Made by a program: the position numbers and the translations under genes | Shown: positions 30,213 to 39,063 of the stretch, piece by piece | Layout of the letters: each line of letters opens with the position of its first letter | Position numbering within the stretch: position 1 is the first letter of the stretch | From: Candidatus Aminicenantes bacterium | Lineage (GTDB): Bacteria > Acidobacteriota > Aminicenantia > Aminicenantales > CALLJL01 | Assembly (NCBI GenBank): GCA_026416195.1 | Contig: JAOAFQ010000183.1 | Coordinates: forward strand, 1-63,167 | Direction: 5' to 3' | Length of the DNA: 63,167 nt | The notes under the pieces: generated by a model | Databases searched by the model: none | What the model saw: only the letters and a program-made list of their open reading frames with translations | What the model was told of the DNA's origin: nothing

Positions 30213-31102
30213 GTCCGCTCTGGCGCTTCTCTTCTTGTCCTATTTGCCAAGCTTCAAATCAAAAAGAAGTCTTTTGTTATTCTTCTTTTCGTTACGTTCG
30301 CTGTTGTCAATGTGGTTTGGTCTGGATGAATCCCCTTTTTAAAGACGATTATCTCGAGGATGACTATGAAAAGCTTGATTGGTCAGCTTATAATCATTTC
30401 ATTAGCACTTTTAGAAAAAAGCAATTCCAAAGGGATATTACCTTTCTTGAAAAATTCTGCTCAGAAAAGGGATATCTTTTAGATATTGGCACAGGGACCG
30501 GGGAATTTCTGGGGATGGCTCAACAACATGGATTTGTGGCCTATGGGTTGGAATCTTCTAAAAAAGCTGGCGAACAAGCTTCGAAATATGGCCAGGTAAT
30601 AATTGGTGAGTTTGAAACCTTAAAATTAAAAGAGAATTTTTTTAAAGTAATTACTTTATGGTCAGTTCTTGAACATGTCCCTCAGCCTAAAGAATTTCTA
30701 ATTAAAGCCCATCGCTTGCTTCAAGATGGTGGTCTGTTAGCTCTTCGGTTACCTCTCAGCTCCAGTTTGATTAATTGGTTAAGCTTGTGGGCTTACAAGC
30801 TCTCTGGTCATCGCCTCAGCTGGCCTCTGAGGCATTTTTATCAACTCGATTGGCATTCCCGCCACTATTATCTCTTCACTAAAACTAGTCTCCTTCTCTT
30901 ATTGAAAAGAACCGGATTTCAACCTCTTTGGCTTAAAAGAGACTCTGGTTTCGACCCTCCTTCGCTCAAGTTTCGCCTGAGGCTGAGCTTTCAGAACTGG
31001 TTTTTTGAAAGAATCCTCTTCACTTTAGCCTGGATTATCTTTGGACTAGCGAAATTTTTACAAAAAGAAGATGAACTTGTCCTTATTGCTCGAAAGATCT
31101 AA
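30209..31102 (+). CDS. Class I SAM-dependent methyltransferase with N-terminal zinc-binding domain
   Basis: CPIC...CCQCGLV; LLDIGTGTG; VLEHV; GG.L; H.Y.F; ATGA overlap with the GT-C stop. Confidence 0.85.
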   Translation: MSPLWRFSSCPICQASNQKEVFCYSSFRYVRCCQCGLVWMNPLFKDDYLEDDYEKLDWSAYNHFISTFRKKQFQRDITFLEKFCSEKGYLLDIGTGTGEFLGMAQQHGFVAYGLESSKKAGEQASKYGQVIIGEFETLKLKENFFKVITLWSVLEHVPQPKEFLIKAHRLLQDGGLLALRLPLSSSLINWLSLWAYKLSGHRLSWPLRHFYQLDWHSRHYYLFTKTSLLLLLKRTGFQPLWLKRDSGFDPPSLKFRLRLSFQNWFFERILFTLAWIIFGLAKFLQKEDELVLIARKI

Positions 31103-31145
31103 GAGAAGACCCTTTCTTTAGCTCTTTTCATTTTCCCAAATTAAT

Positions 31146-33911
31146 TTATTTTTCCTTAAGAACTTTAATTACCCGAAAACCAATATAGTCTGAAGTTGGT
31201 TCGATAAAAATTCCTTTTTGGTCAGATGGGCGATCAGCACTGCCACCCATAATTTTTGGCCGACCACCTTGGCTGATAACCCACTCAGCGACATTCCCTC
31301 CTAAATCAAACAGAAAATCCTCTTCTTCAGAGCCTGAACCAGGAAAGCTCCCCACTTCCTTAAGGAGCGGTGCCCCCTCGCCTAATTCTTTTAATTTTTC
31401 CCTTAATCTTAAAGCGTCATCGGGATTAATTTTATAACCTGCCCAGAAGTCAAGGGTATTTTCATTTTCTCGACTCACATAAAATTGGGCCATTTCTTCT
31501 TCTTGAGGCAACCGCCAGACCTCTCCTGTGACTTTAGTTAGCCAGTCCACATAGGCTTTGGCTTGTTCGAAATTGATTCCATTAGCCGGATAATTTTCTG
31601 TGCCAGGCGGAAATTTATAAGAAGGATCAAAAGCTGCATACTGAGCTCTGGTAACTTCGAAACGACCAATGGCTATTTCTCCTCTTTTGACGACCTCCGG
31701 TATCAAAGGGCCATTGGTCATTTTAATTCCATAGACCAGCCCATCGCGGGCTGCTTTTCTCAATCGGAAAGACCAACCAAGGGGAGAATCTTCCTTAAAG
31801 GCTTCATTCTTAGCTTGCCAGGTATTAAAGAAATAGCGGTCAAACCAGGCCATTTCCTCCTCGACTTTTCGAAGTTGATGACTAAGTTGCCGTAGACCAT
31901 GGGCTTCCCCGGGGAAAAGGATGAATTTAACTGGAACCTTTCCTAAATGGTAGAGGGCTCGATAATGGGACCAACCTTGATCAGTTGGAACATTTCTATC
32001 TTCAGTCCCAAAAAAGATAATGGTTGGCGCCTCGACCCGATCAAGTTTAAAAAAAGGTGAAATTTTAATGTAAAGAATTGGATCTTCTAAAGGTGATTTC
32101 CCAAAGTAATAGGTATCAAAAGAGTGACCAAAATCAACGTTAGCCCAATCACTAATAAACTCTACATCCCCAGCGCCGGCGCCAATAACTTTGTATCGTT
32201 TAGGATTATGAACGCTTAGACCAATGGAAAGAATCGATCCATTGGACCAGCCAAAAGCGCCAATTTTATTTGGATCAACTAGGCCTCGGTCGATTAGGTA
32301 ATCAACCCCCTTTTCGATATCTTCGATGGGATAATCGTAATATTTGCCATTTTTAATAGATTCGACAAATTTCAGGCCGTAATTCGAACTGCCATGGTAG
32401 TTGGGCTTAAAAACAAAGGCGCCTCGCTGACAAAGAAGTTGCTGGGGATAAGCATAGCTTTCATCCCAAGAATCAGTGTCGGCCGCAGCTGGACCTCCAT
32501 GAGGCGCAACTAAAAGAGGATACCTCTTGCCGACTTCATAGTTTATTGGATAATAGAGAATCCCCTCAATCTCTTCACCTAGAGCTCCTTTCCAACGAAC
32601 AATTTCCGTTCGAGCTATAAATTTGTCCTTAAAATTAGGATTGAGTTTGGTTATTTGGTTGATGTTTTCTATGGCCTCCTGAGTCAAAGAGCCCACATAA
32701 TACTGAGGCGGCAAACTTGCCGTCGTATAAAGATAAACAATTCGCCGACCATCTTCACTCACAGTGAAATCAAAAATATTACCCGCATGTTGAGCTTTAA
32801 GATCAATTTTTAGCCATTGGAGTCCTTTTTTGAGATAGCGAGCTAATTTTAATTTAACCCCATCAGCCAGAAGAGCGATAAAACCATCGGGGGTGACTTC
32901 TATATTTCTCTCCGCTAAACCTCTTGGCCAACCAAGGTCAACTTGGACTAATTTATTTTGAGAAACATCATAAAAATAAAGGATAGTAATTGAAGCGGTA
33001 AAAAAACGAGGGTCCGTCGTCAACGGAGCCACTAAATAAAAACCAGAACCGTCTTTCGACCAGCTAAAAAATTGCGGTAAAATTCTTTGGCCGGCCAAAA
33101 GCTCTTTCCTTTCCCCGGTTTCAAAATTGTATAGAAAAGTTTTTGGTAGGATTCGATGATCCCATTCAAAGCTTAAATACTGATGGTGGCTACTTACAAC
33201 CATTTTCCCATCAGGCGAAGAAGCCCACATACGGATAAAATCACGGTTATCAGTGAGACGAGTAATTTTCTTGTCTTTTATGGTTAATTTAAATAGCCTT
33301 ACTGGTGGCTCATGGTCAACATCATCAACCACTCGGGAGGTATCTTTTTTCTTTTTCAGCTCTTGCTCATAAAAAGTTGGGTCTTCCTGAGCGCTAAAAA
33401 TAATGGTTTCTTTATCAAGCCAATCATAGCTACGAATAACCCGACTTAACTCGGTTACTGGATAAGGCTCACCTCCAAAAGGATTAATTAACCAGAGCTG
33501 AGTGGAAGCAACCTCGGGCTTAGCTTTAGGCAACGGTCTGGTAGATAAAAAAGAAATCAGTTGACCATCGGGCGACCATTTAGGCTGAGAATCGTTTTCG
33601 GTTGTTCTCGTTAATTGAATTTCCTGGCCAGTTTCCAGATTGGTCAGAAATAAATTCGATATTCGACCATTCTTTTCTTTATCCATGCGGCTCTTGACCC
33701 AAACGGCCCATTTACCATCTGGGGAAATCTGCCAACTGGAAGCCGACTCGGCTAAAAGAATATCTTCTGGGCTCCAAAGTTTTGTCTTTTGGCTAGTTGG
33801 AGATGGTGAAAATTGGTCTGAACCTTCACTCATCAAAAAACTAAGAATTAGAAATCCCAGAATCATTCCAACTAAAAGGAAGCGACAACTCTTCTTTTTT
33901 ATATCCTTCAT
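31146..33911 (-). CDS. Secreted S9 (acylaminoacyl/dipeptidyl peptidase-like) serine peptidase fused to a C-terminal FGE-sulfatase (SUMF1-fold) domain
   Basis: PD40/beta-propeller repeats (SPDG), HGGP, GWSNG (Ser), EDRNV (Asp), EAHG (His); C-terminal FEVT..QY, WRLP.E.E, DLGGNVAEW, IGFR. Confidence 0.85.
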   Translation of the reverse strand: MKDIKKKSCRFLLVGMILGFLILSFLMSEGSDQFSPSPTSQKTKLWSPEDILLAESASSWQISPDGKWAVWVKSRMDKEKNGRISNLFLTNLETGQEIQLTRTTENDSQPKWSPDGQLISFLSTRPLPKAKPEVASTQLWLINPFGGEPYPVTELSRVIRSYDWLDKETIIFSAQEDPTFYEQELKKKKDTSRVVDDVDHEPPVRLFKLTIKDKKITRLTDNRDFIRMWASSPDGKMVVSSHHQYLSFEWDHRILPKTFLYNFETGERKELLAGQRILPQFFSWSKDGSGFYLVAPLTTDPRFFTASITILYFYDVSQNKLVQVDLGWPRGLAERNIEVTPDGFIALLADGVKLKLARYLKKGLQWLKIDLKAQHAGNIFDFTVSEDGRRIVYLYTTASLPPQYYVGSLTQEAIENINQITKLNPNFKDKFIARTEIVRWKGALGEEIEGILYYPINYEVGKRYPLLVAPHGGPAAADTDSWDESYAYPQQLLCQRGAFVFKPNYHGSSNYGLKFVESIKNGKYYDYPIEDIEKGVDYLIDRGLVDPNKIGAFGWSNGSILSIGLSVHNPKRYKVIGAGAGDVEFISDWANVDFGHSFDTYYFGKSPLEDPILYIKISPFFKLDRVEAPTIIFFGTEDRNVPTDQGWSHYRALYHLGKVPVKFILFPGEAHGLRQLSHQLRKVEEEMAWFDRYFFNTWQAKNEAFKEDSPLGWSFRLRKAARDGLVYGIKMTNGPLIPEVVKRGEIAIGRFEVTRAQYAAFDPSYKFPPGTENYPANGINFEQAKAYVDWLTKVTGEVWRLPQEEEMAQFYVSRENENTLDFWAGYKINPDDALRLREKLKELGEGAPLLKEVGSFPGSGSEEEDFLFDLGGNVAEWVISQGGRPKIMGGSADRPSDQKGIFIEPTSDYIGFRVIKVLKEK

Positions 33912-33985
33912 GCTTCCTCCTTTTCCAAAATTGACTTTTTTATTTATATTTCCTCGACCAATCTATTATCATTCCATCTTTTAGA

Positions 33986-35530
33986 TTACCAGAAAATGGC
34001 ATAAAGGATTAAGGTAATAATAATAATCAGAGGTCCCAGCCAACGAAGGGCTCGAGCTGGTCGAAGATCGAAATTAGTTTGAACTGGAAGCTGCTTGGGT
34101 TGGCGCAAAGGTTTAATTAAAGTTATCAAGGTCATAATGATTATCAAAATAATAAAAGTTATGGCCATTCGATTAAGGAAAGCAATTTGGCCAAATTGCC
34201 ATTGTAAAAAGCCATAAATAGGTACACAAGCGAGTAGTGAAGTTAAGCCCGCGGCCGGTGGTGTTCTTTTATTAAAAAGACCAAAAATAAAGGCGGCCAA
34301 AATACCAGGCGAAATATATCCTTGAAACTCTTGAATATAATTAAAAATTCCCTTAAACCGGGGATCACCTAAATGGGGGGCAAGAAGACAAACACAGAAG
34401 ACAAAGACTAAATTAGCTATCCGACCAATTTTGACTAATGATTCGCTGCTAGCATCTTTTTTCAGGTGGCGCTTATAAAGATCCATAGTTAGAAGGGTTG
34501 AAACCGAATTTAAAAGGGAACCCAAGGTGCTAATGACTGCCCCAGCGATGGCTGCTAAAATAAAGCCTCTCAACCCTGGGCCAACTAAATTTCTAATTAG
34601 CAAAGGATAAGCCATGTCGGTGGTAGCTCCAGGAGCAGTGATTTTATCCCGAAAAAGTTGATAAGACATTATCCCAGGGAAAATAATGATGAAAGGAATG
34701 AGAAGTTTCAAAAAAGCGGCCCAAATAATGCCCAATTGGCCTTGGCTAAGACTGCGGGCAGCTAACGTCCGCTGAGTAATAAACTGATTCAGGCCCCAAT
34801 AATAAAAATTAGGAATCCATAGGCCTATAACTAGAGCCGTCCAAGGGACGACTGGATGATCAGCGGGTAAAATTACATGAAGTTTTTCAGAATTAGCTAG
34901 GAAAAAAGCTTTGACTCCGCCAACAGCTTTAAAGCCCAGAACCATAACTACCAGGCCACCCAAGATAAGGCCAGAGCCTTGAAAAAGATCAGCCCAAGCC
35001 ACAGCTTTTAATCCTCCCCAAGTGGTGTAGATGGCCGCGATGAAACCAATCAGCCAAACTGAAAGGGTAAGATCAAGATCGAAAATAGTATGAAGGGCTA
35101 AGGCCCCAGTATAAACAACAGCGGCAATACTAACCGCAATATAAACAATCACTTGGTAAAAAGCCATAATCGCCCTGGCCGTCGAAGAATAACGATATTC
35201 GAGGAATTCAGGGATAGTGTAAATACCACTTCGTAAAAATTTTGGCAGAAAAAAAGCCGCCACAAATACCAGGACGATAGCCGCCATCCATTCGTAGCTA
35301 GCCACGGCCAAACCGGCTAAGCCAGCCCCTTGCCCAGACATCCCGACAAAATGCTCAGTGGAAATGTTAGCCGCAATAAGAGAGAAACCGATAAGAGGCC
35401 AAATTAAACCTCGTCCAGCTAAAAAGAATTCCTCGCCAGTTTTTTGCCGCCGACTTTTATAAACACTCACACCAACCACAACCGTAAAAAAAAGAATAAA
35501 TATAGCAAGATCAGCCCAATGCAGGCTCAT
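33986..35530 (-). CDS. Sodium:solute symporter (SSS, SGLT-like sugar subfamily)
   Basis: FFLAGR, SLIAANISTEHFVGMSG, TIPEFLE.RY, GGLKAVAWAD, YYWG.NQ...QR.LA; AGGAGGAG RBS. Confidence 0.93.
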   Translation of the reverse strand: MSLHWADLAIFILFFTVVVGVSVYKSRRQKTGEEFFLAGRGLIWPLIGFSLIAANISTEHFVGMSGQGAGLAGLAVASYEWMAAIVLVFVAAFFLPKFLRSGIYTIPEFLEYRYSSTARAIMAFYQVIVYIAVSIAAVVYTGALALHTIFDLDLTLSVWLIGFIAAIYTTWGGLKAVAWADLFQGSGLILGGLVVMVLGFKAVGGVKAFFLANSEKLHVILPADHPVVPWTALVIGLWIPNFYYWGLNQFITQRTLAARSLSQGQLGIIWAAFLKLLIPFIIIFPGIMSYQLFRDKITAPGATTDMAYPLLIRNLVGPGLRGFILAAIAGAVISTLGSLLNSVSTLLTMDLYKRHLKKDASSESLVKIGRIANLVFVFCVCLLAPHLGDPRFKGIFNYIQEFQGYISPGILAAFIFGLFNKRTPPAAGLTSLLACVPIYGFLQWQFGQIAFLNRMAITFIILIIIMTLITLIKPLRQPKQLPVQTNFDLRPARALRWLGPLIIIITLILYAIFW

Positions 35531-35702
35531 TTCTCCTCCTCATCCTATCCTTCAGTTTATTTTGATAAAAAACTGCTATTCTTGTTGATATTAACTTTAA
35601 AAAAATCTAAAAACAAGTTTGAAAAGAAACCTTAACTTTTAAGAAAAGATCAAATCAAAGCCAGAGATCAATCTTTGAGCTTAACTAAGATTAAGACAAC
35701 CT

Positions 35703-37826
35703 TTACTGCCGACAATCTTTGATCAGAAGCATAATTTTTTCTTTTTCGGTCGTCGATAGATTTTTTTTTACAATCAAATATCTTTCTAGATATTTCAAAG
35801 CCGTTTTTTTATCACCTAATTCATAATAGGTTAGGCCCAAATTATAAAGAGCAAAATCGTAATTGGGGTTAAGCTCAATGGCCTTTTGCCAGCAATCAAG
35901 AGCTTCTTTTATTTGGCCAATTTTCTTATAGGCTCCGCCAAGACCATTGTAAGCCGAAACCAATTCAGCATCGAGAGAAAGAGCCTTTTGGAAATAATCG
36001 ATAGCCCGATTGATGTCTTCGATATTATTATTTTTTAAAAAACGAGCTAAATAAAGAGAACCTAAATTATTAAAAACAATAGGATAATTGGGGTCGAGGT
36101 CCAGTGCCCGTTCATAAGCCTTTAAGGCGTTATCATAATCACCTTTTCCCCAATAAGCCATACCGAGATAATTCCACATTTCTGGGTCGTAATCCCACAG
36201 ACTAACTCCAATTTGAAGCACTGAAATTGCTTCATCATGAAGTCCAGCTTCAGCTAAAAGTATTCCGAAGGAGCTTATGATTGAATAACTTTGGGGATTA
36301 TTAGCCAAACCTTGCCTTAAAATTTTAATCGCTTCACCAATTCGTCCTTCTCGCTTATAAATAGTGGATAGATAAGAATAAGCCAAATCAAAATTCTTTC
36401 TCTCAGCAATTATTTCTCTTAAGGCAGTAATCGCTTCCTGAACCTGACCTCGATGATAACCGCCCATGGCACGAGTAAATTTTTCTTGTAAAGGCAGAAG
36501 AGTCTTAAGATCATCTTCAGGGCCAAAGGATTTTTTAGCCACGGCTGCTGGTTGAGCTACATAACCCAAGCTCCTCAATTTTTCTAAGGTCTCAGGCTCA
36601 ATTAATGGCCTTTCTTTTTTTAAGGGATTAGTTAGCTTCTTTTCGAGTTGTTCTAATTGACGGCGATATTCATTAAGCTTAATCTGAGCCACTAAATTAT
36701 TTTTCTCATTAAAATCATTTTTAAGATCATAAAATTCAGGCAAAGGACAATCAAGAAACTTAAAAGGGGGCTCAAAAAAGCCTTTTAATGGGGCCCAACC
36801 ACGATTATAATAAGCATAAAGAGATTCAAAATAGACCTGGCGTTTCGGAAGTTTTTTCCCCTTAATTAATGGTAAAAGGGAAATTCCCTGACAATTTTTT
36901 AGCTTACTTCCATTGATTAATTCGGAAATCGTCGGAAAAAGATCAATATGAAAAACATAATCGCTTATCCGCCCAGGCTTGATCGAAGGACCAATGATAA
37001 TCAATGGAACCCAAAGCGTGCTGTTATAGGCAAAATAGCCATGAGTTGACTCCCCATGTTCGCCCAGTGATTCCCCATGATCCCCAGTTATGATAATAAT
37101 TGTCTGCTCAAGCAATCGCTGTTCCTCCAAATAAGAAATAAGACGACCTATTTGATTGTCTACATAAGCTACCTCGCCTGAATAAAGATCCTGAGAAAAT
37201 TGACTTTTGAATGGTTCGGGAGGATTGTAAGGTTGATGAGGATCCCAGAGATGAATAAAAGCAAACCAAGGATTACGCTGATTTTTGAGCCAATCTAAGG
37301 AAGCATTAATTACGCTCTCGGCTGGCCTCTCAATATAAAAAAATTCCTGCCTTGCTTTAGTGCTATAATGATCATCATAAACATCAAAGCCCTGATTAAG
37401 ACCAAAGCGGGAATCAAGAGGAAAGGCGCCAATAAAAGCTCCGGTTGTGTATCCTTGAATTTTTAAATATTCAGCGAGAGTCAGAATATCATCTTTAAGT
37501 CGGAAGCGTGCATTATCGTGAACTCCATGAAAAGGTGGAGTTAAACCGGTAAGCATATTCACATGAGAAGGTAAGGTCAGCGGAGTATGGGCAAAGGCTC
37601 GGTCAAAAATTAGCCCCCGAATAGCCAATCGCTCAATATTTGGTGTCCGAAGATAGCGAGTCTCATAACAGCTAATTCTATCTGGTCTGATCGTATCAAT
37701 GGAAACAAGAAGAAGATTTGCTTTTGGGGAATCTGGAATGGCCAAAAGTCTTAAAAAAGAAGCACTTCCAAATAAAGCAATAGAAAATAAAAGCTTAGCC
37801 ATTAAATAATTAATTTTTTCCCTCAT
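35703..37826 (-). CDS. Exported sulfatase-fold (alkaline phosphatase superfamily) protein with Thr-type active site and C-terminal TPRs
   Basis: IDTIRPD, TLPSH in place of C/SxPxR, HLWDPH, GDHGE, LRSLGY linker, several TPR repeats. Confidence 0.85.
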   Translation of the reverse strand: MREKINYLMAKLLFSIALFGSASFLRLLAIPDSPKANLLLVSIDTIRPDRISCYETRYLRTPNIERLAIRGLIFDRAFAHTPLTLPSHVNMLTGLTPPFHGVHDNARFRLKDDILTLAEYLKIQGYTTGAFIGAFPLDSRFGLNQGFDVYDDHYSTKARQEFFYIERPAESVINASLDWLKNQRNPWFAFIHLWDPHQPYNPPEPFKSQFSQDLYSGEVAYVDNQIGRLISYLEEQRLLEQTIIIITGDHGESLGEHGESTHGYFAYNSTLWVPLIIIGPSIKPGRISDYVFHIDLFPTISELINGSKLKNCQGISLLPLIKGKKLPKRQVYFESLYAYYNRGWAPLKGFFEPPFKFLDCPLPEFYDLKNDFNEKNNLVAQIKLNEYRRQLEQLEKKLTNPLKKERPLIEPETLEKLRSLGYVAQPAAVAKKSFGPEDDLKTLLPLQEKFTRAMGGYHRGQVQEAITALREIIAERKNFDLAYSYLSTIYKREGRIGEAIKILRQGLANNPQSYSIISSFGILLAEAGLHDEAISVLQIGVSLWDYDPEMWNYLGMAYWGKGDYDNALKAYERALDLDPNYPIVFNNLGSLYLARFLKNNNIEDINRAIDYFQKALSLDAELVSAYNGLGGAYKKIGQIKEALDCWQKAIELNPNYDFALYNLGLTYYELGDKKTALKYLERYLIVKKNLSTTEKEKIMLLIKDCRQ

Positions 37827-37832
37827 CGCATT

Positions 37833-38795
37833 TTAAAAATCAATAGACGATAATTTTCCTTTCATCTCTTTTTTCTTTAAATATTCAATAAACCCTCTAA
37901 CCTGTCCAGCTCTCTCCGACTCCGAATCATATTTAAGATAGGTTTCGAATTCCTGCAGAGCCGCCTCATTTTTCCCCAAAGCAATATAAGCTAAGCCTAA
38001 GCGATATCGCGCTTCAAGAAAATCATTTTGAAGTTTAATTGCTCGCTCGTAATATTTTACCGACTCTTCATACATTGAATGCTCATAAAAGGAATTTCCC
38101 ATATTATAAAGGACAATAGGATCATCAATGTCCTCAAACTTTATTTTTGAATACCAAGCTAAAGCCTCCTCCTTCTTGCCCATATTGAGATAGGCATTGC
38201 CAATCCCAATAAGAGCGTTTTTATTATCTCCTTGACGAGCCAAAACTTTTTGATAATTCTCAATTGCTTGTTCATATCTTTCCATCTGAAAATAACAATG
38301 GCCAATATTCAAGTAGATAATAAAGGCTTCAGGTTCTCGCTGAATAATCTCCTCAAACACCTTAATTGCTTCTTCATATCTTTTTTCATCAAATAATTGG
38401 TTCCCTTTTTCCAAAGCCTCTTTAATTTCATCAGTGACAATAAGGCCTTCAATCTTTCTCAGCTTAATTACAATATCAGGATTTTTGCCCCATTCATTGA
38501 CCTCTAAGCTTATCTTCTTTGGCTCATAACCAACTTTTTCAAAATCAAGATTCCATTGACCACCTCGGATCCATAGGGCTCGCCATTCGCCATTTTTGTC
38601 AGTTTCGGTAGTAAAACCACTGGCTGCTTTAAGGCAAAAAAGCTTTACTTTTACTTTTTCCAGAGGGCGCCCGTTCTCATCATAGACATAACCTCTTATT
38701 TTTCCCTTCCCTTGATAACCTTGAGCGAAAGAAAGATGAGCGAATAGAGCTGTTAAAAGAAAAACTCCCACTAAACTTGAAAACACTTTTTTCAT
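37833..38795 (-). CDS. Exported protein with CarboxypepD_reg-like N-terminal domain and TPR repeats
   Basis: Signal peptide; G.I.G.V.D..G.PL..V.V...TD..G; about five TPRs. Confidence 0.8.
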   Translation of the reverse strand: MKKVFSSLVGVFLLTALFAHLSFAQGYQGKGKIRGYVYDENGRPLEKVKVKLFCLKAASGFTTETDKNGEWRALWIRGGQWNLDFEKVGYEPKKISLEVNEWGKNPDIVIKLRKIEGLIVTDEIKEALEKGNQLFDEKRYEEAIKVFEEIIQREPEAFIIYLNIGHCYFQMERYEQAIENYQKVLARQGDNKNALIGIGNAYLNMGKKEEALAWYSKIKFEDIDDPIVLYNMGNSFYEHSMYEESVKYYERAIKLQNDFLEARYRLGLAYIALGKNEAALQEFETYLKYDSESERAGQVRGFIEYLKKKEMKGKLSSIDF

Positions 38796-39013
38796 TAGCT
38801 TCTCTCCCGAAGTTTGTTTCTTCCCCTATTCACTTAGCTTAACTTTTTATTATAACCCTCATTTCCTTCAAAGTTAATCAATTTCGAGGTTAGGGTTGCC
38901 CATTTTAATTTGAGCCGTCGGTCGAAAATCTCTTTGGTTCAAAATTATTTGGCTGAGAATAAAAAGGATCGTCACTTTGACCATCAATAACTTATCTTTA
39001 AAAAATTAATAGG

Positions 39014-39044
39014 AAAAAAAGGGGCCCTCTTAGAAGAGGGCCCC
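39014..39044 (-). terminator. Rho-independent terminator after TonB receptor 1
   Basis: 10-bp perfect stem ggggccctct/agagggcccc, 4-nt loop, followed by U7 on the minus strand; 20 nt after the stop. Confidence 0.9.
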
Positions 39045-39063
39045 ATTTTTCTTTAAACTGATT

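Noticed and set aside
31146-31720. FGE/C-type-lectin-fold C-terminus as a possible diversity-generating retroelement target
   Set aside because: No reverse transcriptase and no template-repeat copy of this 3' end seen in the window
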